NCBI GenBank assembly: GCA_045603925.1
Contig: JAZUNB010000086.1
Location: 1 to 53,638, forward strand
DNA: 53,638 nucleotides
Source of the DNA: Eubacteriales bacterium
GTDB taxonomy: Bacteria > Bacillota > Clostridia > Oscillospirales > QAKW01
Reading direction: 5' to 3'
The notes under the pieces are model-generated. The model was given only the letters and a program-made list of their open reading frames with translations. It was not told where the DNA came from and did not search any database. The translations under genes were made by a program, and so were the position numbers. Positions 36,109-45,123 of this stretch are shown here, one piece after another. How positions within the stretch are numbered: position 1 is the first letter of the stretch; every line of letters begins with the position of its first letter.

Positions 36109-36876
36109 TTACAACTGACTCTTGATCCGCTCGATAGCACCCTTCTCCAGGCGGGAAACCTGCGCCTGGGAGATCCCCACCTCCTCGGCTACCTCCATTT
36201 GCGTTTTTCCCTCTAAGAAACGAAGTTCAATGATATTCTTTTCCCGCTCGGGAAGCTTTCGGATGGTATCTTTAATGAGAAGCTCATCGATCCAGTCATC
36301 CCCGCCTCGGTTATCGCTGACCTGATCCATAACATAGATAGCATCATTCCCATCGGAATACACCGGTTCAAACAGCGAAATGGGATCCACAATGGCATCC
36401 AAAGCCATCACGATCTCTTCCTTGCGTACCCCGACCTCCTTAGCAATTTCATCAACCGTCGGCTCTCTGTTTTTTTGATTGGCAAGACGCTCCTTGGCAG
36501 AAAGCGCCCTATAAGCCAGATCCCTTGTTGCGCGGGAGACGCGCACCATATTATTATCCCTTAAATAGCGTCGGATCTCTCCCAAAATCATCGGCACTCC
36601 ATAGGTGCTGAACCGAAGCCCCAGGCTCAGATCAAAATTATCAATACTTTTGATCAAACCGATGCAACCGACCTGAAAGAGATCGTCCATACATTCATCC
36701 CGCCCCGCAAAGCGTTGCACAATGGAAAGCACCAACCGAAGATTTCCTTCCACAAATTTTTCCTTTGCCGCCTTATCACCCGCCTTGATTCTTCTCAATA
36801 ATTCATTCTTCTCATCATTCGATAGAATCGGCAATTTTGAGGTATCTACCCCGCTGATCACAACCCGATTTTGCAT
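36109..36876 (-). CDS. sigG: RNA polymerase sporulation sigma factor SigG
   Basis: ISGVDTSKLPIL, GNLRLVLSIVQRF, DLFQVGCIGLIKSIDNFD, STYGVPMILGEIRRYLRDN, QMEVAEEVGISQAQVSRLEK. The match to B. subtilis SigG is near collinear. Confidence 0.9.
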   Translation of the reverse strand: MQNRVVISGVDTSKLPILSNDEKNELLRRIKAGDKAAKEKFVEGNLRLVLSIVQRFAGRDECMDDLFQVGCIGLIKSIDNFDLSLGLRFSTYGVPMILGEIRRYLRDNNMVRVSRATRDLAYRALSAKERLANQKNREPTVDEIAKEVGVRKEEIVMALDAIVDPISLFEPVYSDGNDAIYVMDQVSDNRGGDDWIDELLIKDTIRKLPEREKNIIELRFLEGKTQMEVAEEVGISQAQVSRLEKGAIERIKSQL

Positions 36877-36905
36877 AAGGACCTCCTACATCATATTTCA
36901 CTCCC

Positions 36906-36934
36906 ATTATCTCCATAATTTTCTTATCTTATGC
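36906..36934 (-). promoter_or_regulatory. Forespore (sigma-F/G type) promoter of sigG
   Basis: The minus strand reads GCATA (36930-36934), a 15 nt spacer, then GGAGATAAT (36906-36914). This fits the GCATR-N15-GGnRAnAnT consensus. Confidence 0.6.
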
Positions 36935-36978
36935 GAACCAAACCGCAGAAAAAACATAAGATAATCCGAGGTGATTTT

Positions 36979-38043
36979 ATGCAATTCAAGACCTTTTGCG
37001 CTGCCAACAGCGGTGATGGATTTATTTCATTTTTTGATACTCTGACCGATGAAAAAAATAAACGGATCTATTACATAAAAGGCGGCCCCGGGAGCGGTAA
37101 AAGTACCCTTCTCAAACGAATCGCGTCCAAGGCAAAAAATTCTGAATTGATCTACTGTTCCGGTGACCCTGCAAGCTTAGATGCGGTAGTATTGCCCGAT
37201 CAAAATGCCGTTATATTTGATGCTACCGCCCCTCATAGCTTCGAACCGAAATTCGCCGGAATCGGCGGCAATATTATTGATCTCGGTGAAGGCTGGGAAC
37301 CATCAAAAATGAACAAAAAAACAATCATTGAGTTGTGCGAGAAAAAAGCAGAAATCTATAAAAGCTGTTATTCCTTGTTGCACGGAGTCAAAAGTATTTA
37401 TAACAGCACCTTTCGGCCGCTTATGTATCATCTCAACCAAGATAAGCTATCTGCCGCCGGAGAACGGATATTAAAACAGTTTGCTCTTTGGGAAAAGAGA
37501 CCCCAAAAAGCCAATATTACCCACCGTTTTCTTTCCGCCATATCGCCCGACGGACGAATCACCCTAACCGATACCATATATCAATTGGGAGATCGTATTA
37601 TTCTATTGGAAGACCGATGGATGTGCGGCCATGTACTGTTGGTCTATCTGCACCGAAAGCTTACGGAAAACGGCGTGGATCATATGATCGGTGCGCATCC
37701 GCTCCTGGGAAAAGAGATCCTGCACCATCTCATTATTCCTGAGGCTCATTTATCCATCGTTACCAAAGACGGTCTGTTCCCCGTTGATTTAACCGAGGAG
37801 CAGATCACCCGAAAAATCACTCTTCAGAGCTATTTTTCAAAAGAATATATCGAGGAGAATAAGAATAAGCTTTCCTTCATCAAACGCCTGATGAAGGAGC
37901 TTCTGGATCTTGCCTGTGAAAGCCTCAATGCTGCCCGAGAACTTCATATGCAGGTCGAGCGGGAATATGCCAATGGCACAGACTTCGGCGCCACCGAACA
38001 TCTTAAAGAAAAATTAATCAACGATCTCTTCGGGAAATCTTGA
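36979..38043 (+). CDS. Hypothetical P-loop ATPase (recalls the PRK06851-type family of Bacilli/Clostridia)
   Basis: FCAANSGDGFISFFDTL then YIKGGPGSGKST (Walker A). The ATG at 36979 has a GAGGTGA RBS. The family assignment is from memory only. Confidence 0.55.
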   Translation: MQFKTFCAANSGDGFISFFDTLTDEKNKRIYYIKGGPGSGKSTLLKRIASKAKNSELIYCSGDPASLDAVVLPDQNAVIFDATAPHSFEPKFAGIGGNIIDLGEGWEPSKMNKKTIIELCEKKAEIYKSCYSLLHGVKSIYNSTFRPLMYHLNQDKLSAAGERILKQFALWEKRPQKANITHRFLSAISPDGRITLTDTIYQLGDRIILLEDRWMCGHVLLVYLHRKLTENGVDHMIGAHPLLGKEILHHLIIPEAHLSIVTKDGLFPVDLTEEQITRKITLQSYFSKEYIEENKNKLSFIKRLMKELLDLACESLNAARELHMQVEREYANGTDFGATEHLKEKLINDLFGKS

Positions 38044-38108
38044 TTTTATAACCGAATTATGATAAGATAACAAAAGCATATGAAGTCTATTTTATAAGGA
38101 GAATTTGT

Positions 38109-39128
38109 ATGAAACTGATTTCATTCGCTGTTCCTTGTTACAACAGCGAGAGTTATATGCACCGCTGTGTGGATTCCCTTCTGACCGGCGGTAATAAGGT
38201 GGAGATCATACTGATCAACGACGGCTCTACCGATCAAACCGGCGCCATTGCCGATGAATATAAGGCAAAGTATCCCGATATCATCAAAGTGGTACATAAG
38301 GAAAACGGCGGGCATGGCTCCGGTATTATGGCAGGCCTCAAGGAAGCGGAAGGGCTTTATTATAAAGTAGTGGATTCCGACGACTGGGCGGATCCCGATG
38401 CCCTGCAAAAGATCCTTGAGATCATCGAAGGATTTCAGCAAAATAACGACCTTCTGGATCTAATCGTCTGCAACTATGTATACGAGCACGAGCAGAGAAG
38501 CAATCATACCGTCCATTATCGCGGCATCCTTCCCCGCCATAAAAAATTCACTTGGTCGGAATGCGGCCCCTTTGATATTACCCGCTATATGATCATGCAC
38601 GCAGTGTTTTACCGCACCGAAATTGTTCGCCGATCGGATCTTCAGATCCCGTTGCATACCTTCTATGTCGATAATGTCTTTCTCTATTCCCCGTTGCCCT
38701 TGGTAAAAAGCATCTACTATTCGGATGTTGATTTTTACCGCTATTTCATCGGCCGCGCCGATCAGTCAGTCAATGAAGCCAATATGATCAAGCGGGTGGA
38801 TCAGCAGATTTTGGTCTCCAAACTCCTCTTGAGAAAGCATGACCTTGAAGCGATCCGCGAAAAAGAACCCAAACTTTACCGCTATATGATCAATTACGCC
38901 AGCATTATGGTATTGATCGCCGCCTCCCTGCTGACACTGGACGGTTCCGATGCCGCCATTGAAAAGCTGATGAACTATTGGCGGGAGCTGAAGGAAGAGT
39001 TTCCTCAGCATTATGCGCATCTGCGCTACCGTTCCCTGGCCGGTTTGTTTGCTTATAAAAATAAAGTGATCCGCAAGATAACAGTGGCCGGTTATCGCGT
39101 AATCCAAAAAATCTATAAGTTTAATTAA
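38109..39128 (+). CDS. Family 2 glycosyltransferase
   Basis: SFAVPCYNSESYM, ILINDGSTD and VVDSDDW (DxD). Confidence 0.85.
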   Translation: MKLISFAVPCYNSESYMHRCVDSLLTGGNKVEIILINDGSTDQTGAIADEYKAKYPDIIKVVHKENGGHGSGIMAGLKEAEGLYYKVVDSDDWADPDALQKILEIIEGFQQNNDLLDLIVCNYVYEHEQRSNHTVHYRGILPRHKKFTWSECGPFDITRYMIMHAVFYRTEIVRRSDLQIPLHTFYVDNVFLYSPLPLVKSIYYSDVDFYRYFIGRADQSVNEANMIKRVDQQILVSKLLLRKHDLEAIREKEPKLYRYMINYASIMVLIAASLLTLDGSDAAIEKLMNYWRELKEEFPQHYAHLRYRSLAGLFAYKNKVIRKITVAGYRVIQKIYKFN

Positions 39129-39136
39129 GGTGATTT

Positions 39137-39814
39137 ATGTTAAAACTGTTGCGAAAACTAAAAACAGATTACCCCCATGCGATCCTGGTGATTTATTTCG
39201 CCTTTTATCTTCCTTGGTTTTTATGGCTCAATGAATACACCCCAACGCGCCCCAATATCACCGAGATCTATTGCGGGCTGGATGATCTGATCCCCTTCAA
39301 CGAGCTGTTTGTCATCCCCTATTTCCTGTGGTTTGCTTATATTGCTCTCGGCTATGTTTTCCTTCTCTTTAATAATCGGGAGGATTTCATTCGTATGTGT
39401 ACGTTTCTCTATACAGGAATGACCATCTGCCTGATCATCTATACGGTTTTTCCAAATTACCAGACCTTACGGGTGGATTATGAAACCCTTGGCCGAAATA
39501 ATTTTCTCATTGAAGCCATTCGGTATCTCCAGGCGGGCGATACTCCCCATGATGTTTTCCCGAGCATTCATTGCTTTAATTCCATTGGTATGAATATCGC
39601 TCTATGGAAGAATAAATGGTGCAAAAAGCATCCTTGGATCATCGTATTTGTAACCGTACTGACGGTATCCATTTGTTTATCCACGGTATTCGTGAAGCAA
39701 CACTCCATTCTGGATCTTTTCGGTGCTATAGGGCTTGCGATCCCCATGTACCTGATCGCTTATGTAGTACCTTGGAAAAAGCTCTTTAAAAACAGCAAAA
39801 AAGCGGAGTCTTAA
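39137..39814 (+). CDS. PAP2-superfamily-like integral membrane protein
   Basis: About 6 TM segments. FPSIHC and KQHSILDLFG resemble PAP2 C2/C3 motifs (PSGH, HxxxD). It lies 8 nt after the GT2 gene. Confidence 0.5.
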   Translation: MLKLLRKLKTDYPHAILVIYFAFYLPWFLWLNEYTPTRPNITEIYCGLDDLIPFNELFVIPYFLWFAYIALGYVFLLFNNREDFIRMCTFLYTGMTICLIIYTVFPNYQTLRVDYETLGRNNFLIEAIRYLQAGDTPHDVFPSIHCFNSIGMNIALWKNKWCKKHPWIIVFVTVLTVSICLSTVFVKQHSILDLFGAIGLAIPMYLIAYVVPWKKLFKNSKKAES

Positions 39815-39830
39815 GACTCCGCCTTTTCTA
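39795..39830. terminator. Bidirectional terminator between convergent genes
   Basis: gcggagtc-ttaa-gactccgc, flanked by an A-run and a T-rich run. It overlaps the last codons of the PAP2-like gene. Confidence 0.75.
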
Positions 39831-39835
39831 TTTCA

Positions 39836-41011
39836 TTAAGCAGCGCCAAGCTGGGCCATGGCCGCCTGCAGCTGGGGATCATCCGCATAGCTCAATTCAT
39901 AAAAACGGTCCTGCTGATCAGCGGTCAGCAATACCTCAAGATCGGGGGCAACACCAACCCCATCAAAATTGATGGCATTGGGCGGATAATAGAGATGGGT
40001 AGAAAGATAAACGGCAGTTTCATCCCCCAGAGGGATTACATCCTGCGCCATCCCCTTGCCAAAGGTGGTAGAACCGATCAGGGTTCCGTATTCATAATCA
40101 CGGATGGCCGCTGCAAACAACTCACCGCCGCTATAGGTTTCCCCATTGATCAAAACAACAAAATCAGCGGTCTTGCATTCGGCGTTGGAGGAATAGACTT
40201 CCTCATCCCCGTTTTTATCCCGAACGGTACACAAGGTTCCTTCGGGCAACAAATAATCCAGAACTCCTGTTACCGCAGTGAGCGCACCGCCGGTATTATT
40301 CCGAACATCAAAAATATACCTGGTAACACCCTTGCTTGCAAGTTCTTCATATGCGGCAATAAAATCATCTACTGTATTGGTATCAAAGGCGCTGATAGCA
40401 ATATAGCCCACATTGGAGACCATCAGGCGGTAGGTCACCGTTGCCTCGGTATATTGCTGAACCGATACCGAAACAGGCAACGACTGGTCCCCGCGCAAAA
40501 CAGTTAACTTCAACTCGGTGCCGATGTTGGCCTTCAAGCGATTGGTGGCATCAGTATAGCTCATCTGGGAAACATCGTTTCCGTCGATCTTACTGATAAC
40601 ATCTCCCGCCAAAAGACCTGCGGATTCCGCAGGCGAAGCGGCGCGAACGCGGGTCACCTTCAGATAACCGGTTGAAGCCACATATTTAACTGCAATGCCG
40701 ATGCCAGAGGTCTTTCCGTCCAGGGAGTTTTTAAACTCCATATAAGAAGACTTATTGAGATAAACACCGTATTTATCCACACCGTCGATATATCCGGTCA
40801 GCAAGGTATCCATAGCGGCATCCTCATCATAGTTGCCCACATATCGGTTATTGACGACCTGATAAACACGGGTCAGTTTTTCAAACATCTCGCTTTTACC
40901 GGTTGTACGCTCAACCATATGAGCCATATACATATAGGTCGCAATACAGCTGACCAGAACGGTTGCAACAATAAAGAACAGAACCGTACCAAGTTCAACC
41001 TTTCTCTTCAT
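39836..41011 (-). CDS. S41 family C-terminal processing peptidase
   Basis: N-terminal TM segment, PDZ domain (SPAESAGLLAGDVISKIDG), and FDVRNNTGGAL (catalytic Ser context). Confidence 0.85.
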   Translation of the reverse strand: MKRKVELGTVLFFIVATVLVSCIATYMYMAHMVERTTGKSEMFEKLTRVYQVVNNRYVGNYDEDAAMDTLLTGYIDGVDKYGVYLNKSSYMEFKNSLDGKTSGIGIAVKYVASTGYLKVTRVRAASPAESAGLLAGDVISKIDGNDVSQMSYTDATNRLKANIGTELKLTVLRGDQSLPVSVSVQQYTEATVTYRLMVSNVGYIAISAFDTNTVDDFIAAYEELASKGVTRYIFDVRNNTGGALTAVTGVLDYLLPEGTLCTVRDKNGDEEVYSSNAECKTADFVVLINGETYSGGELFAAAIRDYEYGTLIGSTTFGKGMAQDVIPLGDETAVYLSTHLYYPPNAINFDGVGVAPDLEVLLTADQQDRFYELSYADDPQLQAAMAQLGAA

Positions 41012-41026
41012 ACAAACACCTGCCTG

Positions 41027-42211
41027 TTAAGCAAAATTAAAGTTGATATCGAAAAATGACAACGGATCCTTATATTCACCGTTTTCGATGATCTCGAAAT
41101 GAAGATGATAGCCGGTGGAATAACCGGTTGTACCAACATAAGCGATAGTATCTCCGCGGGAGATGGACTGACCGGCCGAAACCGCCAGCTTGCTGGCGTG
41201 GCCGTAAAGGGTGCTGTATCCACCGCCGTGATCGATCACAACATAGTTGCCGTAGCCGCGGTTATACCCCGCCTTGATCACAGTTCCGCTATTGGCCGCA
41301 AGGATGGGCTTACCGCTGATCTTACTGCCTGCAATATCTACACCGGTATGCAGTTTATAAACGCCGGTAGTAGGATGAGTCCGATAGCCAAAGGGACTGG
41401 TAATGGTATAGTATCCCTGCACAGGCCAAAGGAACTGACCGCCCACAAAGGTCTCATTGGAGCTATTGGCAAGAGCCCTTCGGATCTCCTCCTGCAACTC
41501 AGCCTCTGCTGCCTCTGCCGCTTGAATAGCCTTGATATTCTCGGCTGTTTTTTGATCGAAGGAATCGATCAACGCTTCGCTTTGGGATTGCTTTTTCTTC
41601 AGGGTCGATACATTGTTTTCCAAGGTCTCCAAAGCGTTTTCCTGAGCAATTTTCTTCTCTTCAATGGCCTTGGTTTCTTGCTCGATGGTGGCTTTGGTGG
41701 TCTTGAGATCCTCAATGACCGACTGATCATATGCCGCCATCTGCTTTACCAATTCAAAACGGGTAATAAAATCGTGCAAAGAACCGGAGCCGAGAAGAAT
41801 ATTCAGATAAGAGGTACTGCCCAATTCATACATAGCGCGAATACGGGCTTTTGCAAGCTCGGTATTCTCATCCAAAACATCCTCTGCTGCCTCCAGGGCC
41901 GCTTCGCTTTCTTCCAATTCCCCGGATAAGGTATCCACCATATCTTCCAAAAGCTCCGCCTCGGTATTGAGATCCATGATCTGCTGATCAATGATCTCTT
42001 TTTGCTCCAGAGCGGCATCTTTTTTATTGGAAATGGTTGCTAATTCTTTTTCCAGTTTTTCGCGCTTCTCAATTAGCGCATCTAATTCACCCTGCATATC
42101 GGAAACATCCGATGCACCGTAGGTCTTAAAACCGAAAACAATGGTGGTGAGCATACCGAGAATCAGCAGGGCCACAATTAATAAGGCAATAATTGATCGC
42201 CATCTTCTCAT
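41027..42211 (-). CDS. Coiled-coil M23 peptidase (EnvC/PcsB-like, FtsEX-associated)
   Basis: Signal anchor, about 230 aa of coiled coil, then an M23 domain with HTGVDIAG, GNYVVIDHGGGYSTLYGH and GYHLHFE. Confidence 0.85.
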   Translation of the reverse strand: MRRWRSIIALLIVALLILGMLTTIVFGFKTYGASDVSDMQGELDALIEKREKLEKELATISNKKDAALEQKEIIDQQIMDLNTEAELLEDMVDTLSGELEESEAALEAAEDVLDENTELAKARIRAMYELGSTSYLNILLGSGSLHDFITRFELVKQMAAYDQSVIEDLKTTKATIEQETKAIEEKKIAQENALETLENNVSTLKKKQSQSEALIDSFDQKTAENIKAIQAAEAAEAELQEEIRRALANSSNETFVGGQFLWPVQGYYTITSPFGYRTHPTTGVYKLHTGVDIAGSKISGKPILAANSGTVIKAGYNRGYGNYVVIDHGGGYSTLYGHASKLAVSAGQSISRGDTIAYVGTTGYSTGYHLHFEIIENGEYKDPLSFFDINFNFA

Positions 42212-42219
42212 AAATTCAC

Positions 42220-43098
42220 CTATACCTTTAAATACTTATTAATGGAGAATGCACTGCCGATCAATCCAACCAAAAGACCGATCCCACCGAAATAAGCGAT
42301 GATCACCGGAGAAAGGGCGGCAAAAGGCAATGTATTGATAAACTGAAGATCTGCAACCAGGGGCTGCAGCAAATAAACATAAATGATCCATTGCAAGGCA
42401 AAGGAAACTGCCGCCGCACAAAGACCGATTATGATGCCTTCCAGAATAAAGGGGGTGCGGATAAAGCCATTAGTTGCACCGACATATTTCATAATATTGA
42501 TCTCATGGCGACGGTTATACATCGCAAGCTTAATGGTATTATATACAATAAACCAAGAAACCAACGCCAGAATCAGCATGATCCAAAATCCCAGAATGTC
42601 CATCACCTTCTGTAAAGAAAGTAACATATTCACAACATCCTGAGAATCGGAAATATTGGCGATCCCTTCAATAGAGGAAACTTCTTGGGAGATGGCTTCA
42701 AACTCGCTGAGATGCCGCTCTTCCACATGGATCCGGAATTCATCCCGCAAAGGATTTTCATCCCCATAAAACCAAGAGAGATAGGAACCTTCTTCACCAA
42801 ACTGCTCCTGATATTCCTCCAAAGCCTTGTCTTTGCCGATAAACTCAACAGAATCTACATACTGAATCGACTCCAGCTGATCCTGAAGCTCCGAAAGAAG
42901 GCTCTCATCCAATTTCTCATCCACATAGGCGACGATCTCGTTATTCTCACCAAGATCGTCCATCAAAGCACCGATATTGGCGGAGCAAAGATAGGCCGAG
43001 CCGATGATCAGCATACAGGCCACCAAAACAAAGATGGAAGCAAAGGTCATTAAATAGTTTTTTCGAATACTTTTAAAAGCAGATTGCAAAAAATACAT
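42220..43098 (-). CDS. ftsX: Cell division permease FtsX
   Basis: 4 TM topology with a large first extracellular loop and an FtsX C-terminal domain. The ATG at 43098 has a GGGAGGGGG RBS. Confidence 0.9.
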   Translation of the reverse strand: MYFLQSAFKSIRKNYLMTFASIFVLVACMLIIGSAYLCSANIGALMDDLGENNEIVAYVDEKLDESLLSELQDQLESIQYVDSVEFIGKDKALEEYQEQFGEEGSYLSWFYGDENPLRDEFRIHVEERHLSEFEAISQEVSSIEGIANISDSQDVVNMLLSLQKVMDILGFWIMLILALVSWFIVYNTIKLAMYNRRHEINIMKYVGATNGFIRTPFILEGIIIGLCAAAVSFALQWIIYVYLLQPLVADLQFINTLPFAALSPVIIAYFGGIGLLVGLIGSAFSINKYLKV

Positions 43099-43111
43099 AA
43101 TAACCCCCTCC

Positions 43112-43798
43112 CTATTTGCTCTCGGCGTAATATCCGCCCACCTGATCGCTGACAACGCGCCCTTTTTCAATATGGATCACGCGTTTATTGAATTCATTTA
43201 CAAGGGTATTATCATGGGTAACAACAATAACAGTTGTACCGGTTTGGTTGATCTGGTTTAAAAGCTCCATGATCTCCCGCGCCATATTGGGGTCCACATT
43301 TCCGGTAGGCTCATCGGCAATGATCAGCTTGGGATTATTCACCAAAGCGCGCGCCATGGCCACTCTCTGCTGTTCGCCGCCCGAGAGTTCATTGGGATAA
43401 TTCTTGGCCTTATGCCCCAATCCTACAACACCTAAAACATAAGGAACTCTCCGACGGATGGTACGCTGGGAACAACCGATTGCGCGCATCGCGAAGGCAA
43501 CATTATCAAATACCGTAAGATTATCGATGAGGCGAAAATCCTGAAATACAACGCCCATACTGCGCCGAAGCATCGGCACCTTGGATTGGCGCATTTTTTT
43601 AATATCATAATCACCGACCAAAACGGTACCGCCGCTGGGCACTTCTTCATGCATCAAAAGTTTGATGACGGTGCTTTTTCCGGCACCGCTGGGACCGATA
43701 ATAAAGGCAAATTCGCCGTCTTCGATCTTAAAAGATACTCCGTTTAAGGCATTGGTGCCGTTGGAATAGCTCTTATAAACATCATCAAATAAAATCAT
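43112..43798 (-). CDS. ftsE: Cell division ATP-binding protein FtsE
   Basis: GPSGAGKST, LSGGEQQRVAMARAL and IADEPTGNVD. Confidence 0.95.
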   Translation of the reverse strand: MILFDDVYKSYSNGTNALNGVSFKIEDGEFAFIIGPSGAGKSTVIKLLMHEEVPSGGTVLVGDYDIKKMRQSKVPMLRRSMGVVFQDFRLIDNLTVFDNVAFAMRAIGCSQRTIRRRVPYVLGVVGLGHKAKNYPNELSGGEQQRVAMARALVNNPKLIIADEPTGNVDPNMAREIMELLNQINQTGTTVIVVTHDNTLVNEFNKRVIHIEKGRVVSDQVGGYYAESK

Positions 43799-43811
43799 AA
43801 AAGTCCTTTCA

Positions 43812-44897
43812 TTAGAACTTGGTCGGATTTGCAGTCAGATACTTCTTGACCATCAAGGCCACTTTAAACACGATTGCGTGATCAAATCTACGCAGATCCA
43901 GACCGGTCAATTTACGAATTTTTTCCAAACGATATACAAGGGTATTCCGATGAACAAACAATTTACGGGAGGTTTCCGATACATTCAGATTATTCTCAAA
44001 GAACTTTTGAATGGTAAAGAGGGTCTCATAGTCCAAAGACTCAATTGATCCCTTCTTGAAGACCTCGGAAAGGAACATCTCGCAAAGAGTGGTAGGCAGC
44101 TGATAGATCAAGCGGCCGATCCCGAGATTATCATAGGTCATAATAAACTTCTCCGTATCAAAGACCTTGCCAACCTCCAGAGCGATCTGCGCCTCATTAA
44201 AGGAGCGCGGCAGATCCTTCAGGTTATCCACAATGGTACCGATGCCGACATAGGATTTGATATAAAGATCACTGCTAACAATATCAATAATGCTCTTGGC
44301 CAGCTTCTCCAGATCCTTGTTATCATTAAAGTTCTTTACTTCCTTCACCAAGACCAGATCGGTCTCGTTGATGTTGATAATAAAATCCTTCTGGCGATCG
44401 GGAAACAGATTCTGCAAAATATCATAAGCAGAAACATCGCTCTTATCGGAAAGGCGAATCAGGATCACAACACGATAAGCCTCCACCTCAAAGCGAAGTT
44501 CCTTGGCCTTAATATAGATATCACCGGGCAGAATGTTATCCAGGATCACATTCTTCACAAAGTTGTTCTTATCGAATTTCTCATCATAGTATTGCTTAAT
44601 ATTGGTCAAAGTAATGGTAATCAGATTAATATAGCGGGCCGCCATCTCATCGGTACCTTCCACAAAAGCAACATACTCCAAACCGGAGCGGGAGTTCAAA
44701 GGTTTATAAGTATAACCGCCTTCAACAATACTTTCCATCGTTGCGGAAATAGACGAGATCACATTTTCATGCACCTCGCCGATCTTGATCAGATCACTGC
44801 AGGAAATCACGGTACCATTCTCATCAATAACACCGACTGTTCGGTCAATGCTATCCTTCAACTGATAAACAATGCTTTGAAAAAAACGATTGGACAT
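43812..44897 (-). CDS. PucR/CdaR family transcriptional regulator
   Basis: C-terminal HTH: NLNVSETSRKLFVHRNTLVYRLEKIRKLTGLD. It lies 13 nt upstream of ftsE. Confidence 0.8.
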   Translation of the reverse strand: MSNRFFQSIVYQLKDSIDRTVGVIDENGTVISCSDLIKIGEVHENVISSISATMESIVEGGYTYKPLNSRSGLEYVAFVEGTDEMAARYINLITITLTNIKQYYDEKFDKNNFVKNVILDNILPGDIYIKAKELRFEVEAYRVVILIRLSDKSDVSAYDILQNLFPDRQKDFIININETDLVLVKEVKNFNDNKDLEKLAKSIIDIVSSDLYIKSYVGIGTIVDNLKDLPRSFNEAQIALEVGKVFDTEKFIMTYDNLGIGRLIYQLPTTLCEMFLSEVFKKGSIESLDYETLFTIQKFFENNLNVSETSRKLFVHRNTLVYRLEKIRKLTGLDLRRFDHAIVFKVALMVKKYLTANPTKF

Positions 44898-44941
44898 ACC
44901 CAATTTTCCTCCTATACATTTTGACTATAATGCCAATTATG

Positions 44942-44970
44942 ATTTTACAACATTTCCGTATCTTTTTCAA
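44942..44970 (-). promoter_or_regulatory. Sigma-A promoter of the PucR-ftsEX operon
   Basis: The minus strand reads TTGAAA (44965-44970), a 17 nt spacer, then TAAAAT (44942-44947). Confidence 0.55.
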
Positions 44971-44989
44971 CAGTTTTTTGTAAAAAAAT

Positions 44990-45006
44990 TTGTTAACTTT
45001 GCACAA
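44990..45006. promoter_or_regulatory. 17 bp motif TTGTTAACTTTGCACAA (copy 1)
   Basis: It lies about 20 nt upstream of the -35. It matches 46339-46355 at 16 of 17 positions. Confidence 0.5.
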
Positions 45007-45081
45007 GTATTTTCGAAATGTACCCAAAATCGGGTATTTTACTTAAAAAACGCCCGAAAATCCTTTGTTCAAAATAGATAA

Positions 45082-45112
45082 AGAAAAAGCGCCCCGCATC
45101 AGCGGGGCGCTT
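45082..45112 (-). terminator. Terminator after the ABC ATPase gene
   Basis: agcgccccgc-atca-gcggggcgct, with a T-run on the minus strand. Confidence 0.85.
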
Positions 45113-45123
45113 AAATACAATAA

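Noticed and set aside
44990-45006. The 17 bp motif as a Rex (redox) operator
   Set aside because: The Clostridial Rex consensus, as I recall it, is TTGTTAA-N4-TTAACAA (18 bp). Here the half-sites are 3 nt apart and the second half-site is TGCACAA, so the fit is poor.
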